Source: Octopus vulgaris (lineage: Eukaryota). Taken from it: a stretch of DNA of 64,000 bases. The DNA lies in the NCBI GenBank assembly GCA_951406725.2, contig OX597817.1, forward strand, positions 114,824,001-114,888,000. The letters run 5' to 3'. How positions within the stretch are numbered: the first letter of the stretch is position 1; each line of letters opens with the position of its first letter. Positions 26,631 through 41,443 of the stretch are shown here, one piece after another. Under the pieces are notes generated by a model that was not told the DNA's origin, ran no database searches, and worked only from the letters and a program-made list of their open reading frames with translations. Made by a program: the position numbers and the translations under genes.

Positions 26631-26923
26631 ATAATAAAATTAATCTGTTATCATCCCAAGATTATGGACTCTGATCTTAAGGAACATGTGATTTGTGGAA
26701 ATGTGTGTAGCGATGCATGAAAATATTTATAAATCCCATCCAAGGATTATTATCATTATTACTATATTTATCCTTCATTGTATCGGCACAAATTTGTGCG
26801 ACCCCCAAAAATTGGTATTGCTAGTTGGTATCATTAGGCTGTAGCAGGCATAATAATTATCAACCAAATCTTTCCCCATGGTATTGATGGCCCTGTGCAT
26901 TTGTAGAAGACAATTGCCCAATA

Positions 26924-27007
<84 letters not shown>

Positions 27008-27149
27008 ATGCACCCTTTGAAAGCCTAGCTAGGCTCATGGGCCTGGTTTCCCTGTTTCAATGGCATGTGTGTTCCCCAGCTGGTCCAGGAATCAAAACCA
27101 CAATCTTACGATCATGATGCTGATACCCTAACCACTAAGCCATGCACCT

Positions 27150-27217
<68 letters not shown>

Positions 27218-27224
27218 AGTCTTT

Positions 27225-27262
<38 letters not shown>

Positions 27263-28224
27263 AAAGACTAATCCAAGTGCAAGGAGACACTACAGCAACA
27301 CATCTGATATTACTGAGGGCTTGGGTTATTTCTGCAATTCTGGGCATTTTAGAACTGTACAGTTTGTTTATATACATACAAAAGTGTGTGTGTATGTTTA
27401 TGCATATATGTGTCTATACTTATGCATTAGTGTGTAAGAAGTAAAAAGTTAGTGAGTGTACATGCATGTGTTTAGCTGCAAGCAAATGTCTGCATGCGTG
27501 TGAAAAAGAATGTCTCTGTATGAGCAAGAGCAAATGATTGAAAAAGAGTCTATGTGAGGGTGAATGGTTCTGTATGTACACGTGTGTGTGTTGGAGTGTA
27601 TAATATAACTGTCCATAATTTAACGACCGTTTTTTCTTCTTCTCCATACTACAGTTATTTGCATCAGAGTCAGTCTACATTGCAACATAAATATATTGAT
27701 TCTTGAAATTTAAACTATATAGTTAGAATGCGACTATCAACTGTCCGCCAACACCACCCCGATGCTCATTCCATGCCCACACCTTCACTCTAAAAAGGGA
27801 GAATAAAAAAAGGAATAAAATGTAAAAATGAAAGAAAAAAATTAACCAGCTAAAGAATACACACATATAAAGACATACATGCATATGTATAGATACATAT
27901 GCACATATATATATATATATATATATGCATATGTATCTATACATTTATATACACGTGTGTGTATATATGTGTATATAGATATGTATATATATGTATGTGC
28001 GTGTGTACATACATGTATGTGTGTGTCTGTGTTTGTCTCCTACCACCACTTGACAGGTAGTGTTGGTTTGTTTACATTCCAGTAACTTAGCGGTTTGGCA
28101 AAAAAGATTGATAGATTAAGTACCAGGCTGAAAAGCAAAATTAATACTGGAATCAATTCATTCGATTAAAATCCTACACAGTGCTCCAGCATGGCTGCAG
28201 TACAATGACTTCTCTTCCTCACCC

Positions 28225-28271
<47 letters not shown>

Positions 28272-28565
28272 GATCAGAGGTCCTTCCTGAGCCATAAACA
28301 CATATGGCTGGTTTCTCAGGTTTGGTAACATATATATTCTCCACTAGATGGGGCACTCGTCCATTGCAGAGTTACTCATTTTTGCCAGCTGACTAGAGTG
28401 GAGCATCATGAGATGAAGTGTTTTACTCAAGAACTCAATGCTACAACCGGTCTGGGAATCAAAACCACAATCTTATGATCATGAGTACAACACCCTAACC
28501 ACAAAGCCTTGTGACTATACAGACACACATGCATGCATACATGTGCTTGTGCATGTGTGCATGTA

Positions 28566-29352
28566 TCATCATCATCATCATCATCATTTAACGTCCGCTT
28601 TCCATGCTAGCATGGGTTGGACGGTTCAACTGGGGTCTGGGGAGCCCGAAAGCTGCACCAGTCCAGTCAGATCTGGCAGTGTTTCTACAGCTGGATGCCC
28701 TTCCTAACGCCAACCACTCCGAGAGTGTAGTGGGTGATTTTATGTGCCACCGACACAGGTGCCAGACGAGGCTGGCAAACGGCCACGCTCGGATGGTGTT
28801 TTTTTATGTGCCACCGACACAGGTGCCAGACGAGGCTGGCAGACGGCCACGCTCAGATGGTGTTTTTATGTGCCACCGACACAGGTGCCAGATGAGGCTG
28901 GCAAACGGCCACGATCGGATGGTGTTTGTTACGTGCCCACAGCACGGAGGCCAGTCGATGCGGTACTGGCTACGGCCACGTTCGGATGGTTTTCTTGTGT
29001 GCCACGTGCCACCGGCACTGGTACCACAAAGATACAAATTCCATTGATGTTCATCTATTTTGATTTGTTTTGATTTTCACTTGCCTCAACAGGTCTTCAC
29101 AAGTGTCACAAGAAGGAAGGTAAGCACAGGTGGACTGACTACGTCCCAGGTAAGGGCCACGGGTTATGGCCTGACTAGTCTTGCTGGGTCTTCGGATGGT
29201 GTTTTTATGTGCCAGATGAGGCTGGCGAATGCCCACGATCGGATGGTGTTTGTTACGTGCCCACAGCACGGAGGCCATTCGATGCGGTACTGGCTACGGC
29301 CACGTTCGGATGGTTTTCTTGTGTGCCACCGGCACTGGTACCACAAAGATAC
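28566..29352 (-). mobile_element. Young RTE-type LINE 3' UTR with expanded ~63-bp tandem subrepeats and a ~150-bp duplication
   Basis: (CAT)n tail, then ttaacgtccgctttccatgctagcatggg. The unit tgtgccaccgacacaggtgccagacgaggctggcaaacggccacgctcggatggtgttttt occurs three times. About 28885-29033 is repeated at about 29208-29352. Confidence 0.8.
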
Positions 29353-29362
29353 AACGTGTGTA

Positions 29363-29413
<51 letters not shown>

Positions 29414-29447
29414 CACACACACGCACACACACATATATGCACATATA

Positions 29448-29653
29448 CGAGGGGGTGCTGAAAAGTTCCTGGCTTTGACTCATGGCAAATGCAGAAGGAT
29501 CAGTTGATTATGCTTTTATTTAGCATATTCACCTCTCAGATTCACACATATATTGCAACCATCCTTCAGGTTTTCTAAGCCCTGTGAAAGAACTTGGAAG
29601 GCTGTGTCTTTTGTGATCCCCTCAAAGCCAGGAACTTTCCAGCACCCCACTTG
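29448..29653. mobile_element. mariner-type MITE
   Basis: TA|CGAGGGGGTGCTGAAAAGTTCCTGGCTT ... AAGCCAGGAACTTTCCAGCACCCC TIRs. Further copies at 38865-39081 and 50991-51202. Confidence 0.85.
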
Positions 29654-29671
29654 TGTATATATATGTATATG

Positions 29672-29726
<55 letters not shown>

Positions 29727-30429
29727 TTGTGTGTGCATGCGAGAGGGTGTGTGTGTATTTGTATATTTATGTATTTATATTTATTAAAACTAATGATTTG
29801 ATATCTTCCTTCCTTTCCATTTCACTGCTTTTTATTTTCCAAAATTTTTCAAAACCAAACTAAAAAGAATTGATGGAGACAGTAAACACAGTGTCCTAAT
29901 TTCTTTTTGTTTTGTTTTCTTTTTTCCTTAAATTTTTTGTTTTTCTCTCCTCTTCCTCTTTTTGTATTTTTTATACCATATTTTTTTTTTACTATATTTT
30001 TGTCAATATTTTATTCCCTTTCAAGTTATTTTCAAAAGATGTCAGTGGTTCCAGCAAATATCTTATTTCATTTCTTTTCTTCCCCTTTTCATTATCAGCA
30101 TTTCAGGTTTTATCCAAGTCTTTGGATTATTGTTTTTAACAGATGCTTCTACTAGTTGTCTCCTCGGAGCAATTTTTATTCCTCAGAGTTCCACAGAAAC
30201 AAGACGCAGTATTCACATTTAGATGATGCATAAATGTCAAAATGTCCAAAATCTTTTTACTCAAATACTTTGAATTTTAAGTAGAAGCATTGATTGTATA
30301 TGTGTGTGACGGTGTTTGAGTTTAAATGTGGTATGCATGTGTGTGTATATGGCATGTATGTATATGTGTGTGTGCATGTATATATGTATGTTTGTGTGTT
30401 TGTATATACATATGTATATGTGTATGTTG

Positions 30430-30848
<419 letters not shown>

Positions 30849-31101
30849 ACACACATGTTCATACATGCATTCATGCAATGTAGATCTGTGTGTTTTTTAT
30901 AAAATAACCTATGAGGGTTCATCACACATTCACAGTACAATGTATACACACATATACATACACTGGCATCCCCATGTAATATGTGTGTGAACATGCTTAT
31001 GAATATTTTTCAGTGCAATTTTTTTCCAAGTATAAATTATAGTTTCTGGATCATCCGCATACAAATGCGCATACACTCATATCATCATAAAAACACCCTC
31101 A

Positions 31102-31142
<41 letters not shown>

Positions 31143-31256
31143 TCAGTCTCATTTAAAATGAAAGGTTAAATTATAAAGACCAAACCATATATACTATGAT
31201 ATATACATATACATGTATGTATATATTTTTGCATATATATGTATTTATAATATATG

Positions 31257-31293
<37 letters not shown>

Positions 31294-31397
31294 ATGTATG
31301 TATATATGTATATGTGTGCATATATATATATATACACATACCTACATGCATATATATATATATGTATGAATGTATATATATATATATATATGTATGA

Positions 31398-31436
<39 letters not shown>

Positions 31437-31439
31437 AAG

Positions 31440-32090
31440 GAAGGATTTAGTTTTCTTAAAAGCATATCAGCAAAGAAAATTATATTGAATATGGAAAGAA
31501 AATAATATGTCGAACATCTCACCAACATATATCTTCTCTGTTGACTTTATTTTTTTTACAAACTTTACCTGTTGTTCACTTATCTTATTGCAAAATCTTG
31601 TAGATATCTTGACAGTCATTTAAGTTGAGAGATGATCTTTATTCCTTATTTATTTTATATTGGAAGTGTAACTATGTATCACATTTACAATGAGAAGCTT
31701 ATGTCGGATATCTTGATCTGTCATTGCAGCTATTCTGAATCTTTTTTTTTTATATTTAGAAAACAAAAAACAAAACTGTCCTTACAGATTTTGAATTCCT
31801 TCTTATGATACCATTCTTTTTCATTTATTTTGGGGATTGAACCTTACATTATTATTATTTATTTATTTTGGTTTTGCTTTAATTTTCATTCATCTATGAT
31901 TATTTAATTAAGATGTCTATTATCGGTGCAAGTATAGCTTTATTGTTCAGAAGTTTGCCTTTTGATCAAATGGTATTGTTTTTTTTTTCTTCAATTTGGT
32001 CCTGCTTTGTTGGCAGTGCATCCACATTGAATGAATGTCTTCTATCATTGGCTTGTGTTAAACAATGTTCACATGGGAAATTTGGTCACC
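31440..32090 (-). mobile_element. Decayed Penelope-like element (GIY-YIG endonuclease relic)
   Basis: The minus strand gives DIYKIL and, after a frameshift, KIKSTEKIYVGE, resembling the GIYxI and YVGET motifs. Parts are duplicated directly and inverted at 33540-33790. Confidence 0.45.
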
Positions 32091-32678
32091 AAATACTGTT
32101 GTGTTGCTTACATATAACATTTATTAGAATATTATTTATTGATTACTAGGCAGATATACATGAATCCTAAATCTATATACAACAAATCATTTTCAGTGTG
32201 AAGACAATTTTAGTCTCTCTCTTTTTGGGTCTCATCATGGTCAGTGCAACGACAATATTCTCCCCTGTGTTTGTGAAATTTTTGTATCTCTGCTGTAAGG
32301 CTTCATTTCCACACACACCAGCTGAATTTGATTTGTCCTCACTCGAAAAACACCTGTTGTTATGTGCTGTTATTATTATTTTTATTGTATTTATATTTGT
32401 GTAACATTATCTGTTTTTCCATCCTTGTTTTCATATACATTCAACGCTTTCTTCCAAGGAATCTAATGCTCTTAGCTTAATTTTTCCTTGGGGCTGGCCA
32501 GATTGGAGCAATCTCAAGATTAATCAGCCGAAATTGCGAGGATGATCTGGTTCTTGACTGAGGATAGAAAGCTTCGAATGACCTGTCTTTGCTTTTTTGT
32601 ATCATTTATCTGGATGTTTTGTTGTCCCTTTTTGTATCACCTAGTTGTCTGGATGTTTTGCGTTCTTGTCCCATTTTG

Positions 32679-32730
<52 letters not shown>

Positions 32731-32752
32731 GCGTACGTACACTTTGTTCTCT

Positions 32753-32806
<54 letters not shown>

Positions 32807-33277
32807 CATGCATATCTGGGTACAGGACATCACCATTGATGCAAATAACATGAAATACGTTGACAAATGACTTAAATACATAAACAACGAGGAGAAAATG
32901 GAAAACAGGACAGGTAAACACAGAGAAAGACCCTTCATCAGTTGTCGGCTGTCTATCTACTCCTCATTCCGAGCATATTTATATATATATATATATATAT
33001 GTATGTATATATATGAGAGAGAGAGTGAGAGAGAGAGAGAGAGAGTGAAAGGGAGAGAGAGAGAGTGAGAGAGAGAAAGTGAGAGAGAGAGAAAGTTTTG
33101 TCACATTTGGGTAAAAATCTTGTTGAATGCTGTGAAAAGCTGACCCACAGTTATTGGCTACCTAATGTCATCATAGAGTAGAACTGCACAGGCTGTTGGA
33201 TATACTTCAGATTGCATTGTGTCTGTAGAGTTTCTATAAAGAATTTCGTGAATTCCATTTTCTGTCTATGATCTATT

Positions 33278-33335
<58 letters not shown>

Positions 33336-33407
33336 TTTTCTATTAGGTTTGCAAGATAATTGATGTGAACTCGTGTGTTGAAATGGATTCTTCTTTATCA
33401 TTACAAC

Positions 33408-33467
<60 letters not shown>

Positions 33468-33487
33468 CATTATTATTATTATTATCA

Positions 33488-33524
<37 letters not shown>

Positions 33525-33792
33525 CATTATTAAGTTGTGTTGAATATGGAAAGAAAATAATATGTCGAACATCTCACCAACATATATCTTCTCTGTTGAC
33601 TTTATTTTCACATGTGAACATTGTTTAACACAAGCCCATGATAGAAGACAGTCATTCAATGTGGATGCACTGCCTACAAAGCAGGACCAAATTAAAGAAT
33701 AAAAAACAATACCATGAGATCAAAAGCAAACTTTTGAACAATAAAGCTATACTTGCACCGATAATAGACATCTTAATTAAATAATCATAGTT

Positions 33793-33998
33793 AGCAGAGG
33801 CGTTAGTATGCTGGGCAAAATGTTTAGCAGTATTTTGCCCATCGCTATGTTCTGAGTTTAAATTCTGCTGAGGTCAACTTTGCCTTTAATCCTATCAGGG
33901 TTAATGAATTAAGTACCAGTCAAGTACTAGGGTTGATGTGAACGATTGTCCCCATCCTGTCAAAAACCCAGGCCTTTTGCCTATAGTAAACAGGATTA
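33793..33998 (+). mobile_element. SINE family B
   Basis: gttctgagtttaaattctgctgaggtcaactttgccttt...aagtaccag core, with an (ATT)n tail. Confidence 0.8.
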
Positions 33999-34309
33999 TT
34001 ATTGTTATTATAATTCTTCTTTTTATTATTACTGTTATTATTATTATTCAATTGGTTAGCTTTTTAACTAAGTAATTGGTTTTTGATTAGTCATTTGGTT
34101 AATCAATGAATCATTTGTGTTTGCCAAAGTCCTTATGTTGCCTTTTGTGACCTCTTCAGTAACATGCCCTGTGTACTCTAGATCAGTTTTAGATCTATCT
34201 CTGAGACAGAAGTGAAACTGAGCCAGCCCATGTATTATCCTTGGTGTAAAAACCTTCTCAAGAAACAGTGTATGTGTGTATATATATATATATATATATT
34301 TTTTTTTTT

Positions 34310-34357
<48 letters not shown>

Positions 34358-34400
34358 TTTTTTTCTCTCCTTGTTTCTCTCCGTGTTTCTTTTCTGTGTA

Positions 34401-34438
34401 TCTTTCTGTTGAAGAGCATAGGCTCGAAACGTAAAAGA
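34401..34438 (+). ncRNA. Minimal type I hammerhead-like motif (A6 to U variant) in a ~190-bp TA-flanked element (34360-34540)
   Basis: Stem I tcttt/aaaga; core CUGUUGA plus A; stem II GAGC-AUAG-GCUC; GAAA; palindromic ACGU stem III; GUA triplet. Confidence 0.65.
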
Positions 34439-34621
34439 CTTGTTTTATTTATATTCCTGAGCTCCATACTAATACAATTGTTTGTTTGTATTCCACCTGC
34501 CTTCGTCTTTTGTTTATTTTCATAAAGCTTCCCGTTATATATACATATACATGTTTCACTATTAACATATTACATAAGTTTACTTCCGTAAATGTCTGTA
34601 GATCTTGGACGGTCACACTGA

Positions 34622-34663
<42 letters not shown>

Positions 34664-34705
34664 GTATGTATGTATGTATGTATGCATGTATGTATGTGTG
34701 TATGC

Positions 34706-34768
<63 letters not shown>

Positions 34769-35233
34769 CATGTGTGTGTGCATGTGTATGTATGCATGTA
34801 TGTATATTGTATATTATTGAGATTTAAATTCTTTTTATATAGAATTCCAAAATAATAATGTCCTCATTCTTATTTTCTTTCTCATAAAAATGGAAGCATT
34901 TTCTACAGAGTAGAAGCATAAGTAAGCTTCCTCTTCCAAATGGCGAAATAGTGCTACAATAGAAATACAGAGGTGACTTGATCAATCATTTCGTCCTTCA
35001 CGTGAAAAATTGGCTTTGCGCCTATTTAATAGAAATCATTATTAAAGCACATTCTTTTTTTTCTTTACTCCACTGCCTCACTACTGAAATTCTCGAGTAG
35101 TGATTGGCTTCAGTAAACAACATCTTTTAAAGTATTTCACCTTCAGATAGTTGAAAAGCATGGAGCTAGCATAACACTATTTTAGTGTAAAAGAAGTGTA
35201 TTATTATTATTTTTATTATTATTTTTTTTTTCC

Positions 35234-35275
<42 letters not shown>

Positions 35276-35282
35276 GTTGTTG

Positions 35283-35323
<41 letters not shown>

Positions 35324-35842
35324 TGTTTTTTGGTTTTTTTTTTGAAAATTGTTATATATTTAATTTATTTTTTATTTCTGTTTTTATTTTATTATGTCTT
35401 ATTTCTCTGTTTAGTTATATAGAGATTAATTAGACGTTATTTATTCAATAAATTATAACACATCAAACACTGTACAGTTGAATGGCTGGAGATCTAGGAG
35501 GAGAATCCAACTGGAAAACACCAGTTCCAACAATTCATGCAAATATCCGAATTTGAAGAACCATTCAACCAATACACACAGGAAATGAAAAGAAAATAAA
35601 AAAAAATGTAAAAATTTGTTTAGAGCAAACTAGACAAAAAACATAAATAAATACATAAATAAAAAATGAAATTTAAAAAAATCTATGTGATATACTATAT
35701 AAAAGCAAAGTTAGATTTTGATTTATATATTTTATTATATTTTTTTCAATCAAAATTGTTATAACATATTTCAGTGTTATACAGAGACTGAATATTTATC
35801 ATCGACAAGAAATTCCTTTCACATTTGGTAATTTCACCTTTG

Positions 35843-35866
35843 AACACACACACACACACACACACA

Positions 35867-35948
<82 letters not shown>

Positions 35949-36010
35949 CACACACACACACACACACATACACACACACACATGCACACATGCACATACA
36001 CACATGCATG
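35843..36010. repeat. (CA)n microsatellite
   Basis: Directly visible. Confidence 0.97.
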
Positions 36011-36284
36011 CAGGCATACTCACACATGTAAAATGTATACATGTGTGTGTGGTTGTTTGTGTGTACATATATGTACATCTATATTTACATATGTAACACA
36101 TCACAGAACATACAAATTAATTAATTCTATATTAGAATGTAGCACCAACCTTGTTTATTTGAGCAAAGCTTAGTAGTATTTTCTTATAAATGTATTTATG
36201 TGTTGTATATGTAAATATGCATATACATATGCATATCTGTGTAGTGTGTGTGTATGTGTGTGTATTTGTTTTTATCTGTGTATA

Positions 36285-37620
36285 TCATCATCATCATTTA
36301 ACATCTATTTTCCATGCTGCCTTGGGCTGGACGGTTTGACAGGAGCTGGCAGGCCAGAGAGCTGCACCAGGCTCCAGTTGTTTGTCTTGGCATAGTTTCT
36401 ATGGCCGGATGCCCTTCTTAACATCAGCCACTCTACAGAATGTACTAGGTGTTATTAATATAGCACCAGCACAGGTACTTTTTACATGGCACCAGCACCA
36501 GCAGGGTCACCAAGTAACTTGCTAGAGAAAGGCCTCTCAGTTGAGTGAGGAAGTGGATCTGAGGGAGTGGCTGTGTGACAGGCAAGAGGTTAGAGTATAA
36601 TAGAGGGATAGAGATAGTTGTCTTATTAGTCTTACTATAGAGGAGATACCTGGCTACTCCAGTAGGACAAGAGGGGAAGGAAGGTGGGAGAAAGATAGAG
36701 AGAAAGACAGTCAGATAAATAAATAGATAGATAGATAGATAGATAGAGGTAGATAAATAAAGATAGAGAGGAGAGAGAGAGAGAGAGAAATAGATGGTGG
36801 TGGAGATGTATTGGGGCCTACTGTCAGGGGACAGTGGGGAGTATAAGTTGTACAGAGGGGATAGAAGGGTATGTTCCTTGAGAGTGTGAGGGGATGTTTA
36901 GAGGTAGGGAAAGGGATAGTGAAGGAAATTGGAGAAGCTGGGAGAGGGATAAGGAAAATATGTGAGGGCATGGAGTGTGCATATAGGCACACTAGAGAGT
37001 GGAAGGGCATGCAGTGGGCATGGCATGTGAGGGCGAGTGGAGGGACCTACAACAGGTGTTGGAAAAATGGGTGGGTTTTGACAGAAGCCAGATTGTGTAT
37101 GTGTGTGTGAGGGGGTGCATGGCCATATGGGACATGTATGTATGTGTGGATGACCATGATTTCACTTAGCTCCGATTTGTCTTCTCATGCACAGCAAATT
37201 CCCAGAAATCTTGATCACTTGTCATCTCTGTGAGACTCAATAAATGAAGATGATTTCTTGCCACATCATTCCATGTCTTCCTGAGTCTACCCCTTCCACA
37301 GGTTCCCTCCACAATTAATGTAGCTGTCCTCATTCATATGCATCACACAACCATACCAGTGCAGTCTTCTCTCTTGCTTACAACATCTGATGCCTCTTAT
37401 ACTTAGTTTTTCTCTTCAAACGCATACACTCCATCATGCATGCTTACTGTCATTGCACATCCAGCAGAGCATGCTGGCTTCATTTCTTTCAAGCCTTCAC
37501 ATGTCCTCTCTAGTCACAGCCCATGTTTCACCACCATGATGGATGAATGTTTATACACAGGCATCATACAATCTGCCTTTCACTCTGAGGGAAAGGCCAT
37601 TAATTACCAACAAAGGTAGT
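36285..37620 (-). mobile_element. 5'-truncated RTE-clade LINE: ORF C-terminus (37166-37620) plus long 3' UTR and (GAT)n tail
   Basis: Minus translation LPLLVINGLSLRVKGRLYDACV*...GETWAVT...RLERNEASMLCWMC...ERRLHWYG...GRGRLRKTWNDV with stops, the typical RTE C-terminus. Tail at 36285-36520. Confidence 0.88.
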
Positions 37621-38244
37621 AGCATTGTTTTGTATTAATTGTGCATTATCTCATAGCTTTGAGATTTCAATGATGTAATTGTTTATATTTAGAATGACAT
37701 TGTAGGGTAGGTGTGAGAGGTCAGATCTGACTGGTTTGAACAGCTAGTTTAAATGCTAAAGTGTTAAATCACATCATCACTTGACTGGCACTTTATTTTA
37801 TCAATCCTAGAGAGATCCTCAACAGGATTTGAACTTAGAATATGTAGCACCATAACTAAATACCTCAAAGTATTTCTCTGACACTAATGGTTCAATAAGG
37901 ATATCTGATATAGGCACAATGCCACAGCCTCTGTAGAAGGGTGTAGTTAATTAAATCAACCCTGACATATGTTTATTCTGTTCCTGAAGGATGAAAAACA
38001 AGTTCAACCTTATAGTGATTCAGTTAAGTGTTTATTAAGGTAAATCATATTTTTGTATCTTTTGGTTCTCTATAAACATTGCCCTGTACTCAGCATCTAA
38101 GCACAAGGGATACAGGAGCCCTTTTATTATCATCAATACAGTAAGGCTGCAGAGAAAAGAAAATCCTTACAAATATTTTATAGGCATGCTGTGTGTGCTT
38201 AATTTAGTTGCATAGGCATGCTGTGATAATATAACTGCTGATAT

Positions 38245-38299
<55 letters not shown>

Positions 38300-38864
38300 G
38301 CAACAACTGTACTAATGGTAATAACAAATATTAATAACAGATGTGAATACTGCTGCTGCTACTTTTTCTACCATTATTATTATTGTCCATAGAAATCAAA
38401 TTAGCTGCATTTGAAATGATAGATTGTAAAAGAGAAGGAGGAAGAGAGAAAGAGAGAGAAAAAGCAGCAAGAACAATAAATTCCACAGAATACTGATGAA
38501 TGACTGTACATATGTTTCAATATTTTTGTATCTTTTATTAGCTTTTTGCATATTTGTCATAAAATCAACCTTAAAACACTGAACCTGTTCATATAGTATT
38601 TTGGGGGAATAGGTGTTGGGGGTGAGGGAACCAACTAATCTACCCTATATGCAAAAGTTGTGCAGTTTGCCAAAAATGTAGAAATGTTGGGGTAAGCTAA
38701 ATAAATGCTTTACAGCATTGAATTTCTACTATCTCTGCTCTATGTTCAAATATCATTGGTTACCAACTTTGCCTTTTAGTCCTTGTGATTTAAGGTCTGT
38801 CAACTTTTCAAACCATTTTTAAATACTGCTTTACTTGGAGATGCCATGTGTTTGGAATGATGTA

Positions 38865-39081
38865 CAAAGGGGTGCTGAAAAGTTCCTGGCTTTGGGTAAA
38901 GGAAAATACAGGAAGATCAGTTAATTATGATTTTATCCAACATATTCCCCTCTCAGATTCACACACTTATTACAATAGTCCTTCAGTTTTTCTAAGCCCT
39001 GTAAAAGAACTGAGAAGGTTGGGCCTCCAATGAAACCTTTTGCGATACCCTTAAGGCCAGGAACTATTCAGCATCCCCTCA
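38865..39081. mobile_element. mariner-type MITE (same family as 29448-29653)
   Basis: ggggtgctgaaaagttcctggc ... gccaggaactattcagcatcccctc, flanked by TA. Confidence 0.85.
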
Positions 39082-41443
39082 TATTTGCTATAGTGAAGGG
39101 CAGTAGGTTAAAGATCCCTAGCCATAAGCAAATAACCTTTGTGAGACAAAGCCTAATGGGTAAACCTTATGATAAATCTGGAGTGGAACCTCCACATGAC
39201 CCCTGGAGGTCCACATAAGAGTTTTCATTGAAAATTTATATGCAATAAATTGGTTATTACTTCTACAGTACACAAAAATAATTCAACAAATTTGTTTTTA
39301 TATAATTCCTAATAATATTTAATTATAAAAACATAATAGGATTTTTTTTATCATCAAACAGTTATAAGGGTGCAGTAGAGTAAAAAAAGGAATCAAAAGG
39401 GTCCATTGGCAAAAAATAGCTGAGAATCACTACTCTAAAGCATTCTAGTGTTCAACATAGTTTTTTTTTTTTTGGTAATTCCTGCAGTCAAACTGGTGCT
39501 AAACTTACTACTTTGCACTTATTTTGACAAAGCAATGTTCTGGCTCTCTGTATTCTAATTACAAATCTTATTAAATTCAACTTTTCCTTTCATTGTTTCA
39601 AGGTTGATAAATAATACACTAGCCATATACTAGGGTTGATTCATCTTCACCCTTTTGTCTTTTCTCTCTCTCCCTGTAACAACTTGCTATGCTATACTGT
39701 GGAAAGGTTCCAGAGGGTCTCACAAACTTCCCTAGTTTTCAAGAAATAAAAGGAAGTTAAGTGGGGGCTAGCAACCTCTTCTCCTCTAGCATGAGACAAA
39801 AGAAAAAAAACCATCTCAAAGAACCTGGGAACTTGGTGGTCAGACCAACACTGATGTAATGTATGTATGTATGTATGTATGTATGTATGTATGTATGTAT
39901 GTATGTATGTATGTGTGTATGTGTGTGTGTGTATGTATGTATGTATGTATGTGTCTTATGGAATGGAAAGGTTTAAAAAATATTGTATATGTTTGGTACA
40001 AAATGTCAAGTGTCGTACAACATGATCTTTGACACAATTCCACTTCATTTATTTTAAAAGTGTGTGTACAAATAATTAGATATCCATCAAATTGTAATAA
40101 TATTTCTAAATGGTATTATTGTGAAATATACTTGATAAAACAAGGATATAACATATTTGATCTTGTGAATTAACAGAATGGTAAAATATATATAAAGCTG
40201 GGAGAGTTTAGGAAATTAATTTAGAATGTTGAATAGCATGAGAAATTAGGCATTAAGTATATTCTTTGAGAAAAATTAGGACATTTACCATTAAAAGGTT
40301 TGACTTGCTAAAAAGAATAAAAAGCCTTAGCTGTTACTCACAAGTAATTATGACTTGGTACATGTACCATGCTTTCACTAATTGTTTTAGTGGGGTATAT
40401 AGTTGTGAGCAGATATAAACCCTCACTTGGCTTTCCCAGGACAGACCCAGAAAAATACCTATGACGTGACAGTTGAAGGGACAGAAGACTGCAGAATCAC
40501 ATATTTGGTACTCATATTGGCTGAGTCAATTAGGGTAACATGAAATGAAATATATTCTCAAAGACACAACTTACAACCTGGTTCAGGAATTGAACCCAGG
40601 ATCTTATAATAATAAATCTACCGCCTAATCACAATGCTGTATGACTTTACTAAAGAGGATAAATTGTAAGTAAATATGAAATTATGATGAATTGGCTTCA
40701 ATTATTCCAATACATACTTGGAATATTTGGAAACTAGTCAAAAGAGACCATTGATACAAATAAATGATATAGAAAATTTTAAATAGCAGGCATTAATTTG
40801 AGAAAAGGATGCAACATAAACCATCGCAATACAGTAGTCTCATAAATATTTACTCAGAATTAATCAAATTTTTGCTTATGAAATTCATGAAGCAAATTGG
40901 TTTTAACATACTCTCTCTCTCACTCTCCCCTCTCTCTCTGTCTCTCTTCCTCTTTTTCTCTCACTATGTCTATCTCTCTTTCTCCTATTATTATTCTTTC
41001 TATTACTGATGAATCCATCTGACCTGTTGTAACCTATTTAGTTGTTGAATACACATTAATAACTTTATCAATCAAATGTTGAAACTTCGTCAATTATGTT
41101 GTTGTAGGTTATTGTGTGCCTCCCCACCACTGTCCCCACCAAGTTAGTCCTGATGAAGTAGACCTATGATCAATGTCATCCCAGCCTTGGCCTTTTTATC
41201 ATATTTTCACATATTTTATCTCTAAGATCAAATTATCCTATGTACACTCGTTTTTCGTTGTTAAAGGTGGAAGGATGTGATTTGAGGGAGATTTGATTAC
41301 AATTTCTAGCATGTCGATGGACCACATACAGACCTCATTCTTTGGCTCATTTTTCAATTATAAATATCTGTTTCTGTTTACTATGGCCATTTACTCAAAC
41401 AAGACCTTTCTTCCAGATTTATCAGAAAATCCTTTCTAATTTA

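Noticed and set aside
28740-28930. Regularly spaced repeats suggesting a CRISPR array, and a CAGAUGAG...GAA hammerhead look-alike
   Set aside because: Units are full tandem copies with no unique spacers, in a eukaryotic LINE tail. No stems I to III can be formed around the motif.
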